This document shows positions 31,726 through 40,722 of a DNA stretch of 64,000 bases, piece by piece (the first letter of the stretch is position 1; every line of letters begins with the position of its first letter). Made by a program: the position numbers and the translations under genes. The stretch is from Candidatus Omnitrophota bacterium. Lineage in GTDB: Bacteria; Omnitrophota; Gorgyraeia; Gygaellales; JAHJCI01. A model generated the notes under the pieces. That model saw nothing but the letters and a program-made list of their open reading frames with translations. It was not told where the DNA came from and made no database searches. Where the stretch lies: positions 58 to 64,057 of the forward strand of contig JBDRMR010000001.1 of the NCBI GenBank assembly GCA_043812035.1, written 5' to 3'.

Positions 31726-32744
31726 TACGGAAGGCCAAAATGAATAAACGCCCTCTCGGTGGCAAACCTTCCCCTCGAGCTGCGCTTCAGGTATCCGGCT
31801 TTTAACAGATACGGCTCGATTGCATCTATAATCGTGCCTGAATCCTCATTAAGGTTGGCCGCCAAAGCCTCTATTCCGACCGGGCCTCCGTCGTAATTCT
31901 CTAATATAATTTTTAAGAACCGGCGGTCTATTTCATCAAGCCCCCCGCCGTCAATGCCGAGAGACCCCATAGCACTATTTACCAAATCCAGCTCAATCTT
32001 ATCCTTCTTCTCTATCTGGGCGTAATCTCTAATGCGCCTCAATAACCGGTTAGCTACGCGCGGGGTCCCGCGGGAGCGCCTGGCAACTTCCGGAGACGCG
32101 GTCTTGTCTATTTTCACTCCTAAGTGTTTTGCGGAATTCTGAATAATCATAGATAATTCTTCGGGAGAGTAGAAATCCAGGTAGTAAAACATTCCGAACC
32201 GCCCTCTCAGAGGAGCCGATAGCAGGCCGGTGCGGGTCGTAGCTCCGACCAGAGTAAAGGACTTAAGATTGAACTTGATTGTCCTGGCATAAGGGCCTTT
32301 GTCAATCACAAAATCAATCTGAAAATTCTCCATTGCCGGATAAAGAAACTCTTCCACTACCTTAGAAAGACGGTGTATCTCGTCGATAAACAGAACGTCG
32401 TTTTTTTCTAAATTAGTCAAAATGCCTATTAAGTCTCCGGCGCGCTCGATAGCCGGACCGGAGGTTGCGGTTATCTTCGAGCCCATTTCACGGGCAATGA
32501 TGTGGGCTAAAGAGGTCTTGCCCAAACCGGGCGGTCCGCTTAACAGGACATGCTCTAAAGGCTCCTTTCTCTGCTTGGCGGCGGTTATGGCTACCTTAAG
32601 GTTCGACACTACATCCGACTGGCCGATAAATTCGCCGAGGGCCCGCGGCCTTAAAGAAAAATTAAAAATGGTATCGTCCTCTGTCTCTTTTGCCGCGATG
32701 TTTCTGTCCGGGGGCGTATCTTTTTTTCTATCTTCGCCGTTCAT
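31713..32744 (-). CDS. ruvB: Holliday junction branch migration helicase
   Basis: SLRP, GPPGLGKT, FIDEIHR, GATTR and SRGTPR motifs; start at ATG 32744 is inferred. Confidence 0.97.
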   Translation of the reverse strand: MNGEDRKKDTPPDRNIAAKETEDDTIFNFSLRPRALGEFIGQSDVVSNLKVAITAAKQRKEPLEHVLLSGPPGLGKTSLAHIIAREMGSKITATSGPAIERAGDLIGILTNLEKNDVLFIDEIHRLSKVVEEFLYPAMENFQIDFVIDKGPYARTIKFNLKSFTLVGATTRTGLLSAPLRGRFGMFYYLDFYSPEELSMIIQNSAKHLGVKIDKTASPEVARRSRGTPRVANRLLRRIRDYAQIEKKDKIELDLVNSAMGSLGIDGGGLDEIDRRFLKIILENYDGGPVGIEALAANLNEDSGTIIDAIEPYLLKAGYLKRSSRGRFATERAFIHFGLPYSPR

Positions 32745-33471
32745 AAGGAATGATATTATTGGTGTTGCGGAAGATCTCGATTTGCCCGAAGAGCTCTCTC
32801 TGTCCGATAACAATCTCTTTAAGGCGAATTAACTCCAGAACAGCCAGGAAAGTTGCGATTATCTCCATTTTATTCTTGGCTTGCTCAAAAAGATGAGATA
32901 AAACCAATTCTTCTTTCTCCAGGAGTAAATGGAGAATGTCGTGAATCTTCTGCTCAACGGTAAATTCGTCTTTGACAACCTCATAAAATAACTCTCTGGG
33001 TACTTCCTTTAACGCCTGCGTGAATGCATTAATCAGATCGAAAATGCTCGCCTCAAAATATACTTCTTCCTCCTGCTTCGATTCCGGCAGGGGCAAAATG
33101 CGCCTGCGGCGAAAATGTTCCTTCTGCCTCTGTTCTCTCTGCCGCAGTTCTGACGCAATCTCTTTGAACCGCTGATATTCCAGTAATCTTTGAATCAGCT
33201 CTTCCCGGGGGTCATGTTCCTCCTCCTGTTGGATTTCCTCCTCTTTGGGAAGCAACATCCGGGATTTAATTTGCATTAACGTGGCGGCCATGACCAAAAA
33301 TTCCCCGGCGATATTTAAGTCCAGTAACCGCATCAATTCCAGATAAACCAAATACTGCTCGGTAACCTGGGCTATGGGAATATCGTAAATATTGAGGTGG
33401 TCTCTTTTTACTAAATACAAAAGCAGGTCTAACGGCCCTTCAAAAATATCGAGTTTAATTTTGTAAGCCAT
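32728..33471 (-). CDS. scpA: segregation and condensation protein A (kleisin)
   Basis: FEGPLDLLL, EFLVMAATL..KSRMLLP and FLAVLEL motifs. Confidence 0.95.
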   Translation of the reverse strand: MAYKIKLDIFEGPLDLLLYLVKRDHLNIYDIPIAQVTEQYLVYLELMRLLDLNIAGEFLVMAATLMQIKSRMLLPKEEEIQQEEEHDPREELIQRLLEYQRFKEIASELRQREQRQKEHFRRRRILPLPESKQEEEVYFEASIFDLINAFTQALKEVPRELFYEVVKDEFTVEQKIHDILHLLLEKEELVLSHLFEQAKNKMEIIATFLAVLELIRLKEIVIGQRELFGQIEIFRNTNNIIPYERRR

Positions 33472-33480
33472 ATATTTAAT

Positions 33481-34476
33481 TTATTCGTAAACAAGCCCTA
33501 TTGCCTTTTTGATTTCCCCTATCGTTTGACCGGCGACGCCGGAGGCCCTGCGGCACCCTTCTTGAAGTATATTTTTCAATTGTTCCTTATCTTTAATAAA
33601 CGGTTCTCTTTTTTCCTGGTGAGCCTTAAGCCAATCAATTATCACGCCGGCAAGAATCCTTTTACATTCGGTGCAGCCTTTTTGCGCGTCCTTGCACCAA
33701 TTAAACGCTTCTTTTTCCCTCTCCCGGAGAAATACCTTATAGTAACTGAAAACATTGCACACGTCGGGATGCCCGGGGTCGGTAAGCTTTATCCTCTTGG
33801 AGTCGGTAACCATGTTCTGAATTTTTTTTCTGATGGTTTCCGCATCGTCGGAAAGATTCACCGTGTTGCCAAAACTCTTGCTCATCTTTCGGTTGTCCAG
33901 CCCAAGGAGCCGCGGCGATGCGGTAAGCAAGGCCTGAGGGTCGGGGAAAACTTTCTTTTTATACAGGCCGTTGAAACGGCGGGCAATCTCGCGGGTCAAT
34001 TCAAGATGAGGAAGCTGGTCCTCTCCTACGGGAACCCTGCTTGCTTTGTATAAAAGAATATCCGCTGCCTGTAAAACCGGATAGCCGAGAAACCCGTAAG
34101 TCTTAAGGTCCCGTTCGCTCTGTTCCCTCAACTGCTCTTTGTAAGTGGGGCAGCGCTCGAGCCAGCCCAAAGGAACCAGGCAGGAAAGTATCATATATAA
34201 TTCGAGGTGTTCGGCTACCTGAGATTGAATGAATATAGTAGATTTCCCCGGATCTATCCCCGCTGCCAGCCAATCGGCGACGTTATCCAGGACAGATTTA
34301 CAGATTACCGACGGAGCTTCGTATTCGCTCATCAAAGCGTGCCAATCCGCAACCATAAAGAAACATTCGTTATTTTTCTGTAATTCAACCCAATTATCCA
34401 GCGCTCCTACTAAATGGCCCAAGTGCAATTTTCCGGTAGGCCTCATTCCGCTTAATATTCGATTTTTCTTAAGCAT
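33481..34476 (-). CDS. trpS: tryptophanyl-tRNA synthetase
   Basis: SGMRPTG.LHLGH, YPVLQAADI, VPVGEDQ and KMSKS motifs. Confidence 0.97.
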   Translation of the reverse strand: MLKKNRILSGMRPTGKLHLGHLVGALDNWVELQKNNECFFMVADWHALMSEYEAPSVICKSVLDNVADWLAAGIDPGKSTIFIQSQVAEHLELYMILSCLVPLGWLERCPTYKEQLREQSERDLKTYGFLGYPVLQAADILLYKASRVPVGEDQLPHLELTREIARRFNGLYKKKVFPDPQALLTASPRLLGLDNRKMSKSFGNTVNLSDDAETIRKKIQNMVTDSKRIKLTDPGHPDVCNVFSYYKVFLREREKEAFNWCKDAQKGCTECKRILAGVIIDWLKAHQEKREPFIKDKEQLKNILQEGCRRASGVAGQTIGEIKKAIGLVYE

Positions 34477-36590
34477 TACAATTTTCTGGCGATTTTCTGA
34501 ATCTCGTACGCCTCTATTACGTCGCCTTCCCCGTAATCATCGAATCCGGCCAGGGAAATCCCGCACTCAAACCCTTCGGACGCCTCGCGAACATCGTCTT
34601 TATACCGCTTGAGGTTGGAAATCTTTCCTTCGAAAATAACCTGCTCGCCCCTGATTAAATATACCGTGGCAGAGCGGGGGATTTTACCCTTGGTAACGTA
34701 ACAGCCGGCTACCGTTCCGGCGCGGGAGAGATTAAAGACCTTGCGCACCTGAGCCCGGCCTAAAAATACCTTTTTTATTTTTGGCTCAAGCAGGCCTTCC
34801 AAAGCGCCTTTTATCTCGCTTATTAACTCGTATATGATATTGTAAGTCCTGACCTCTATGCCCTCGCGTTCGATTATCGCAGCCGCCCTCTCGTCCGGCT
34901 GAACGTGGAACCCCAGGATGAGCGCGTCTGTGACTTTAGCCAACATTACATCCGAGGTATTTATTGAGCCGATACCGCCATGGACAATCTGGAATTTGAC
35001 TTCGGAGGTCGCAAGCTTCTGGAGTGAATCCCGCACAGCTTCCAGCGAACCGCTCACGTCGGACTTAATGATTAGTCTTAGCTCCTTAATCTTGCCTTGC
35101 TTTATCTCCGAGTGCAGCTCTTCCAGAGATAGCCTCTTTACGGGCTGGAACTGGCGTTTCCGCTCTTTTTCCTGCCTCAAAGCGACGATTTCCCGGGCTT
35201 GCTTTTCATCGTTGACAACGTAAAATTCTTTGCCTACTTCGGGTAAGCCGGTCAATCCAAGAACCTCAACCGGCGTTCCCGGAAGCGCTTCGTCAATCCT
35301 TTTGCCCCGGTCATTAAACATCGCTTTTACCTTTGCGTAAACCAATCCGGAGATAAAAATATCGTTAAGATGCAAGGTGCCTTTCTCAACCAGCAATGTG
35401 GCGATGGGGCCGCGGTCCTTGTCGTGCCGGGATTCAATCACCACTCCCGAAGCGAGCTTCTGGTAATTCGCCTTAAGCTCCAGCATCTCCGCTTCCAAAA
35501 GTATCATTTCCAGTAATTCGTCAACGCCCTCCCCGGTCTTAGCCGAAACCCCGACAGTTATGGTTCTCCCCTGCCAGTCCTCGGGGGTCAAACCTAAATT
35601 ACTGAGCTGCTTCTTAACCCTTTCAATGTCAACCTGCGGCTTATCAATCTTATTTATCGCGACCACAATCGGAACTCCCGCAGCCTTAGCATGATCGATA
35701 GCTTCTATTGTCTGGGGCATAACCCCGTCGTCAGCGGCCACTACCAGCACTACGATATCGGTAATGTGTGCTCCGTGAGCGCGCATAGCCGTGAATGCCT
35801 CATGCCCCGGAGTGTCCAAAAATGTAATCTTGCCTTTGGGCAACGAGACCTCATAAGCTCCGATATGCTGTGTTATCCCGCCGTGTTCGCCATCGGTTAT
35901 ATTGGTTTTTCTAATAATATCCAACAGAGAAGTCTTGCCATGGTCGACATGCCCCATAAGAGTTACTACGGGCGAGCGCGGTTTTAAAAGGCGGTTGTCT
36001 TCATCCCCGCGATGCAAAGAGAGTATCTGTTCTTCCTTGTCGGGAGCGAGCTTTATTTTATAGCCGAATATTTCGCAGACCTTCGCAGCGTCTTCCTGGG
36101 ATAGCTGCTGATTTATCGTAACAAAGACCCTTGTCCGCATCGATTCCTGTATCAGGCGAGACGGCTTCACCTGCAATTTTACCGCCAGGTCCTTTACAGA
36201 AACGGGAAATTCAAGCTCCACCTCATTTTTAGCCAGCCCTTCCTCCTCGGCTATATGAGGGGCAGGTGCTTGCGGGAGCGGGGCTGCTTCCGGCTTTTTT
36301 TCGGAAGCGGTCCTGGCAGCAACAGGCTCGGCCGCGACAGGCTCTGGAACAATTTCTGCCGGCTTGGTAGGCGCGGCCGGCTGCTCAACAACCCTGACAG
36401 CCTCCTCCTGCTTGACCAGCTCTACGACGGGCTGCTTTTTAAGCCTTTGCGCCCTCTTCCTCGGCTTGACAGTCTTTGCAGGAGCGGGCTTCTGCGGCTG
36501 TTTCTTCTTAGCTACCCTCTTCTTTGCCGTTCTTGAAGCCGTCGTTCTTGGCTTTTTCTTTTTATCTGATTTTGATTCTTCCGATTTCAT
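34476..36590 (-). CDS. infB: translation initiation factor IF-2
   Basis: GHVDHGKT, GGITQHIG, DTPGH and NKID motifs; basic low-complexity N-terminus. Confidence 0.98.
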   Translation of the reverse strand: MKSEESKSDKKKKPRTTASRTAKKRVAKKKQPQKPAPAKTVKPRKRAQRLKKQPVVELVKQEEAVRVVEQPAAPTKPAEIVPEPVAAEPVAARTASEKKPEAAPLPQAPAPHIAEEEGLAKNEVELEFPVSVKDLAVKLQVKPSRLIQESMRTRVFVTINQQLSQEDAAKVCEIFGYKIKLAPDKEEQILSLHRGDEDNRLLKPRSPVVTLMGHVDHGKTSLLDIIRKTNITDGEHGGITQHIGAYEVSLPKGKITFLDTPGHEAFTAMRAHGAHITDIVVLVVAADDGVMPQTIEAIDHAKAAGVPIVVAINKIDKPQVDIERVKKQLSNLGLTPEDWQGRTITVGVSAKTGEGVDELLEMILLEAEMLELKANYQKLASGVVIESRHDKDRGPIATLLVEKGTLHLNDIFISGLVYAKVKAMFNDRGKRIDEALPGTPVEVLGLTGLPEVGKEFYVVNDEKQAREIVALRQEKERKRQFQPVKRLSLEELHSEIKQGKIKELRLIIKSDVSGSLEAVRDSLQKLATSEVKFQIVHGGIGSINTSDVMLAKVTDALILGFHVQPDERAAAIIEREGIEVRTYNIIYELISEIKGALEGLLEPKIKKVFLGRAQVRKVFNLSRAGTVAGCYVTKGKIPRSATVYLIRGEQVIFEGKISNLKRYKDDVREASEGFECGISLAGFDDYGEGDVIEAYEIQKIARKL

Positions 36591-37777
36591 TTCGAACCCG
36601 ACAATTTTTTTGCTTCTTCCATTAACTTCTTTGCTTTTACTTTGCCGATTCCGTCTACCTTAAGAAGCTGTTCCGTATCGGCCCGGAGTAAATCTTGCAC
36701 GGTACTGAATCCTGCCGCCTTTAAGTTCTTCAATAATTTCTCCCCTATGCCCCCTATCTCGGTTAGCGGCATTCCTTCTTTATCTATCTTTGCGGACTCT
36801 ATTGAGGCTAATTCCGCCCTGACCCCCTCTTCTTCTTTTGCCTTTTTAGTGCGGATATCTAACTCCCAACCGACGAGGCGGCTGGCTAAACGGACATTTT
36901 GCCCTTGCTTTCCTATAGCCAGCGACAACTGATCATCGGCAACGATAACCTCGGCCCTCTGATTTTCCCTGTTTAAATGTATTTCCGAAATTTTTGCCGG
37001 AGCTAAGGCAGTGGAAATATACTCCCGCATATCATCGCTGTATCGCACGATATCTATCTTCTCCCCCCTAAGTTCATTAACAATGTTTTTGACCCGGTTG
37101 CCCCTCATACCCACGCAGGCTCCCACGGGGTCGACCTTTTCGTCTTTGGAATAAACCGTAATTTTAGTCCGTTCTCCCGGCTGCCTGGATATAGACTTAA
37201 TCTCTACGACGCCTTCGTAGATCTCGGGGATCTCCAGCTCAAAAAGCTTCTTAACGAAATTCGGGTGAGTGCGGGAGAGAATAATCTGCGGGCCCCGCGG
37301 TTCCTTTTTAACCTCAAGCAGATAAGTCCGTATACGCTCTCCCTGACGGAACTCTTCGCGCGGAGACTGCTCGCGGCGAAGCAAAATACCCTCTGCTTTG
37401 CCCAGAAGGTCAACGATAATATTGCCTCTTTCAAAACGATATACGGTTCCGCTGACTATGTTACCGACCTTTGCCTGGAATTCGGTAAACACAACTTCTT
37501 TCTCGGCCTCCCGGATTTTCTGTATTATTACCTGCCTGGCAGTCTGTGCGGCGATCCTGCCGAAATCAATAGAGGTGACCGGTCGGCCCTCACAGGTTGC
37601 CTTAATCTTTCCGGTTGCCCGGTCTATCTCTACCTTTAATTCCTGGTCGGGCTTAAGATTAATCGCCTTTTTTGCGGCAGAGACCAGAGCGCTCTCTACC
37701 GCCTGAATAAGCAGTTCTTTTTTTATGCCCTTCTCTCTTTCGATCTGTTCCAATATGGCTAAGATTTCTTCGCTCAT
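36587..37777 (-). CDS. nusA: transcription factor NusA
   Basis: FGRIAAQTARQ, S1/KH domains, GACVG.RG and AIGKQGQNVRLA motifs; C-terminal HhH. Confidence 0.97.
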   Translation of the reverse strand: MSEEILAILEQIEREKGIKKELLIQAVESALVSAAKKAINLKPDQELKVEIDRATGKIKATCEGRPVTSIDFGRIAAQTARQVIIQKIREAEKEVVFTEFQAKVGNIVSGTVYRFERGNIIVDLLGKAEGILLRREQSPREEFRQGERIRTYLLEVKKEPRGPQIILSRTHPNFVKKLFELEIPEIYEGVVEIKSISRQPGERTKITVYSKDEKVDPVGACVGMRGNRVKNIVNELRGEKIDIVRYSDDMREYISTALAPAKISEIHLNRENQRAEVIVADDQLSLAIGKQGQNVRLASRLVGWELDIRTKKAKEEEGVRAELASIESAKIDKEGMPLTEIGGIGEKLLKNLKAAGFSTVQDLLRADTEQLLKVDGIGKVKAKKLMEEAKKLSGSK

Positions 37778-38277
37778 TTAAATTCCTCGACTATTTGTTT
37801 GGCCTTCCTGATTCTGTCAAAGGGAATTTGCCGGATTTGTCCCTCGGAATCGATATCCACTCCCGCGTCGGCGACCGAAACGATTACACCGGTAATCTCG
37901 CTTTTATCCAGCCCTTGCGTGCAAGGGTTGGGTTTATCCTCTTGGAACTGATTAAAAAATATTCTTACCTTCCGGTTTAGGCACCGGGAGAAATCTTCTT
38001 TGCCTATCAAAGGCCTGTCGATTCCCGGAGAGGAAACCTTTAAGGCGTAACTGCTCTGAATTAAATCTTCCTGATCCAGCAGTTGACTTATTGAGTTATT
38101 TATATAGGTGCATTTATCCATGGTAATTCCTCCACCGGGCACATCTACCAAAATTTGCAAAATACTTTTTTCCCCAGAAGGTATAAAGTTCAAGTCTACC
38201 AAAATGACGCCTTCCCTGTTTAGATAATCGCCGATTGTTGATTTTAATTTTTCTTGAAGTTCGTATTTATCTATCAT
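37774..38277 (-). CDS. rimP: ribosome maturation factor RimP
   Basis: GITMDKC and YALKVSSPGIDRPL motifs; upstream of nusA. Confidence 0.92.
   Translation of the reverse strand: MIDKYELQEKLKSTIGDYLNREGVILVDLNFIPSGEKSILQILVDVPGGGITMDKCTYINNSISQLLDQEDLIQSSYALKVSSPGIDRPLIGKEDFSRCLNRKVRIFFNQFQEDKPNPCTQGLDKSEITGVIVSVADAGVDIDSEGQIRQIPFDRIRKAKQIVEEFK
37903..37936. repeat. in-frame palindrome in rimP
   Basis: TCCAGCCCTTGC-GT-GCAAGGGTTGGG encodes KPNPCTQGLDK; CTTGCGTGCAA core shared with 40239-40249. Confidence 0.75.
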
Positions 38278-38280
38278 TTC

Positions 38281-39531
38281 TTATTTTACCTGCAAGTGTT
38301 TGCGGACTTGTTCTAACAGCTCCCGCTCGGCCACGGCGATTCTCTTGCCGCCGCGACGGACCTTCAATTCTATCTCATTATGTTTGAGAAACTTTTCTCC
38401 GATAATTATCTGTAGCGGAATGCCCACTAAATCAGCGTCCTTAAACTTGATGCCTGCCCGCTCATCGCGGTCGTCCAAGAGAACCTCAAAGCCTCTCTTT
38501 TTTAGATTATTATAAACACCGAGTCCGGTTTCATAAACCTTTTTCTTATTTACCTCCAGCGGCAATATAACAATATCGAACGGAGCAACTTCTTTAGGCC
38601 AAACGATTCCGTTCTCGTCGTAATTTTGCTCGAGCATAGCCGGAATTAACCGGGAAACTCCGATACCGTAACAGCCCATAATGACCGGCCTTTTTCCCCC
38701 TTGCCGGTCAAGGACCTCCGCCTTAAAAACTTTGCTGTATTTGGTTCCTAACTGGAAAATATGCCCGACTTCAATGGTGTTTAATTTCTGCAATTCGTTG
38801 CTGCAATTGGGGCACTTAGGCCCAACTTCGGTCTGGCTCCTGAGAAATCCGCAACCGGGGCAGCATAAGATTATATCTTCACCGCTTTGGGCGGGCACCA
38901 TAAATTCGTGAGATAAACTGCCGCCCATTACGCCGGGGTCAGCCTCCAGTACCTTAAAATTCAAACCGCATCTGTTGAATATTCGTTTGTATCCGTCGAG
39001 CATCGTATCATAATTCCGCTTAAGGCCCTCTTCGTCCAGGTCAAAACTGTAAGCGTCTTTCATTATAAATTCGCAGGAACGGACCAAGCCAAACCTTGGG
39101 CGAATTTCATCCCGGAACTTAACCTGTATCTGATAAAGAATTAAGGGCAGCTGCTTGTAAGAAAAAACATGATTGCTAATTAACTCCGTTATTACCTCTT
39201 CGTGCGTCGGGCCGAGGCAGAGCTTGCGCCCCCGCCGGTCGGCAAAGCGAAACATCACCTCGCCTATCTCTTCGTCCCTGCCGGATTTCCTCCATAACTC
39301 CTCCGGCTGAAGCGCAGGTAGCAATAACTCCTGAGCTCCGCACGAATTCATTTCCTGGCGAACTATATTCTCGACTTTATCCAAGACCCTGAAACCCAGC
39401 GGCAGATATGAATAAACCCCCGCCATAAGGGACCGGCTGAGGCCCGCGCGCAACATTAACCGGTGACTTATCGATTCGGCCTCTTGCGGCGTCTCTTTTA
39501 GCGTTGGGATAAAAGATTTTGACCAGAACAT
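38281..39531 (-). CDS. proS: prolyl-tRNA synthetase (short form without the INS editing domain)
   Basis: LGPTHEE, KFRDEIRPRFG, EVGHIFQLG and MGCYGIG motifs; start at ATG 39531. Confidence 0.96.
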   Translation of the reverse strand: MFWSKSFIPTLKETPQEAESISHRLMLRAGLSRSLMAGVYSYLPLGFRVLDKVENIVRQEMNSCGAQELLLPALQPEELWRKSGRDEEIGEVMFRFADRRGRKLCLGPTHEEVITELISNHVFSYKQLPLILYQIQVKFRDEIRPRFGLVRSCEFIMKDAYSFDLDEEGLKRNYDTMLDGYKRIFNRCGLNFKVLEADPGVMGGSLSHEFMVPAQSGEDIILCCPGCGFLRSQTEVGPKCPNCSNELQKLNTIEVGHIFQLGTKYSKVFKAEVLDRQGGKRPVIMGCYGIGVSRLIPAMLEQNYDENGIVWPKEVAPFDIVILPLEVNKKKVYETGLGVYNNLKKRGFEVLLDDRDERAGIKFKDADLVGIPLQIIIGEKFLKHNEIELKVRRGGKRIAVAERELLEQVRKHLQVK

Positions 39532-39536
39532 GACTC

Positions 39537-39591
39537 TCGCTCCCTTCGGTCGCCCGGGAGTTATCGGTTGCCGGTTCGCGGTTGACAGATT
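39537..39591. repeat. REP-like hairpin plus a CGGTTGN heptamer array at the ispG-proS junction
   Basis: CTCCC-TTCGGTCGCCC-GGGAG, then TCGGTTG CCGGTTC GCGGTTG encoding the ispG C-terminus QPRTGNR. Confidence 0.65.
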
Positions 39592-40691
39592 TCTTTCATT
39601 AACACATCCACGCACTTGTCGGTTGAAACTTTTCTAACCGCCTTTCCCTTTTTAAATAACAGTCCTTCTCTTTTTCCGAACGCAACTCCGATGTCTGCGT
39701 CCTTTGCTTCGCCCGGGCCGTTAACCACGCAGCCCATTACGGCCAATTTCATCGGCTGAGTAGCAAGTAGAGAGTGGCGAGTAGAGAGCTTATTTTCCAG
39801 ATTATTAACAATCTTAATTAAATCTACTTCGCATCTGCCGCAAGTGGGACAGCTGATAATCTCCGTCCTTGTGCGGGTTAAACCCAGAGCCTCTAAAATA
39901 CCGTATGCAGCCTTTACCTCGCTAACCGGATTATCGGTAAGCGATATTCTTATTGTATCACCAATACCCTCGGAAAGCAACCCCCCTATAACTATGGCCG
40001 ACTTTACGATGCCGGCGGAAGGCGGCCCGGCTGCGGTCACTCCTAAATGGAGGGGATAATCGCAGGATTTAGCAATCAGCCGGTTCGCTTCGATGGTAGT
40101 AAGAACGTCCGAGCCTTTTATAGAAACTACAATATTATCGAACCCTGTGCTTTCTAATAAGTTAATATAATCCAGAGCGCATTTTACCATAAGCTTTGCC
40201 GGATTTTTCGAGCCCCACCCCTGCGCACAGGCCTCGCTCTTGCGTGCAAAGGAGAGGCAGGGGCGGGGCGAGCAGTGAGTAATAGATCCGGAATTTACCC
40301 CCACCCTTATCGGTATTCGGGCTCGCTTCGCCGCCTTGGCAATTTCTCTAACCTCCTCTTTCTTATAGATATTGCCGGGGTTCAATCTGATTTTATCCAC
40401 TCCGCTCTCAATAGCGGCGAGCGCCAATCTTTTATCAAAATGTATATCCGCTACCAGCGGAACGGCAATCCTCTGCTTTATCTTCTTTAGGTTTGCGGCA
40501 TCATTGTTATCTCTGACCGCGACGCGGATAATCTGGCAACCCCAACCTTGAAGTCTTTCTATCTCTTTTAAGGTAGCGTGTAAATCAGAGGTAAACGTTT
40601 TAACCATCGATTGAACGGCTATAGGTTTACCTGCCCCTATTGCGATGCCGCCTATTTTTATTTCCCGGGTTTTTCGTCGTTTTATTTTCAT
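39561..40691 (-). CDS. ispG: HMBPP synthase (GcpE)
   Basis: VQSM, ADIHF, RLNPGN, GVNSGS, SCPTCGR and MGCVVNGPGE motifs. Confidence 0.97.
   Translation of the reverse strand: MKIKRRKTREIKIGGIAIGAGKPIAVQSMVKTFTSDLHATLKEIERLQGWGCQIIRVAVRDNNDAANLKKIKQRIAVPLVADIHFDKRLALAAIESGVDKIRLNPGNIYKKEEVREIAKAAKRARIPIRVGVNSGSITHCSPRPCLSFARKSEACAQGWGSKNPAKLMVKCALDYINLLESTGFDNIVVSIKGSDVLTTIEANRLIAKSCDYPLHLGVTAAGPPSAGIVKSAIVIGGLLSEGIGDTIRISLTDNPVSEVKAAYGILEALGLTRTRTEIISCPTCGRCEVDLIKIVNNLENKLSTRHSLLATQPMKLAVMGCVVNGPGEAKDADIGVAFGKREGLLFKKGKAVRKVSTDKCVDVLMKEICQPRTGNR
39757..39789. repeat. in-frame heptamer array in ispG (NGAGTAG)
   Basis: TGAGTAG CAAGTAG AGAGTGG CGAGTAG AGAGC encodes LSTRHSLLATQ. Confidence 0.75.
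40209..40272. repeat. in-frame palindrome in ispG
   Basis: GCCCCACCCCTGC..GCAGGGGCGGGGC with an inner TTGC-GT-GCAA hairpin; encodes SPRPCLSFARKSEACAQGWGS. Confidence 0.8.
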
Positions 40692-40722
40692 TTTTTAAAC
40701 TTTCGATACCGCGCTCGTTGCG

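Noticed and set aside
31649-31765. Long N-terminus of the DUF2905 ORF
   Set aside because: It is read-through of the palindrome and the ruvB end; the family is about 70 aa.
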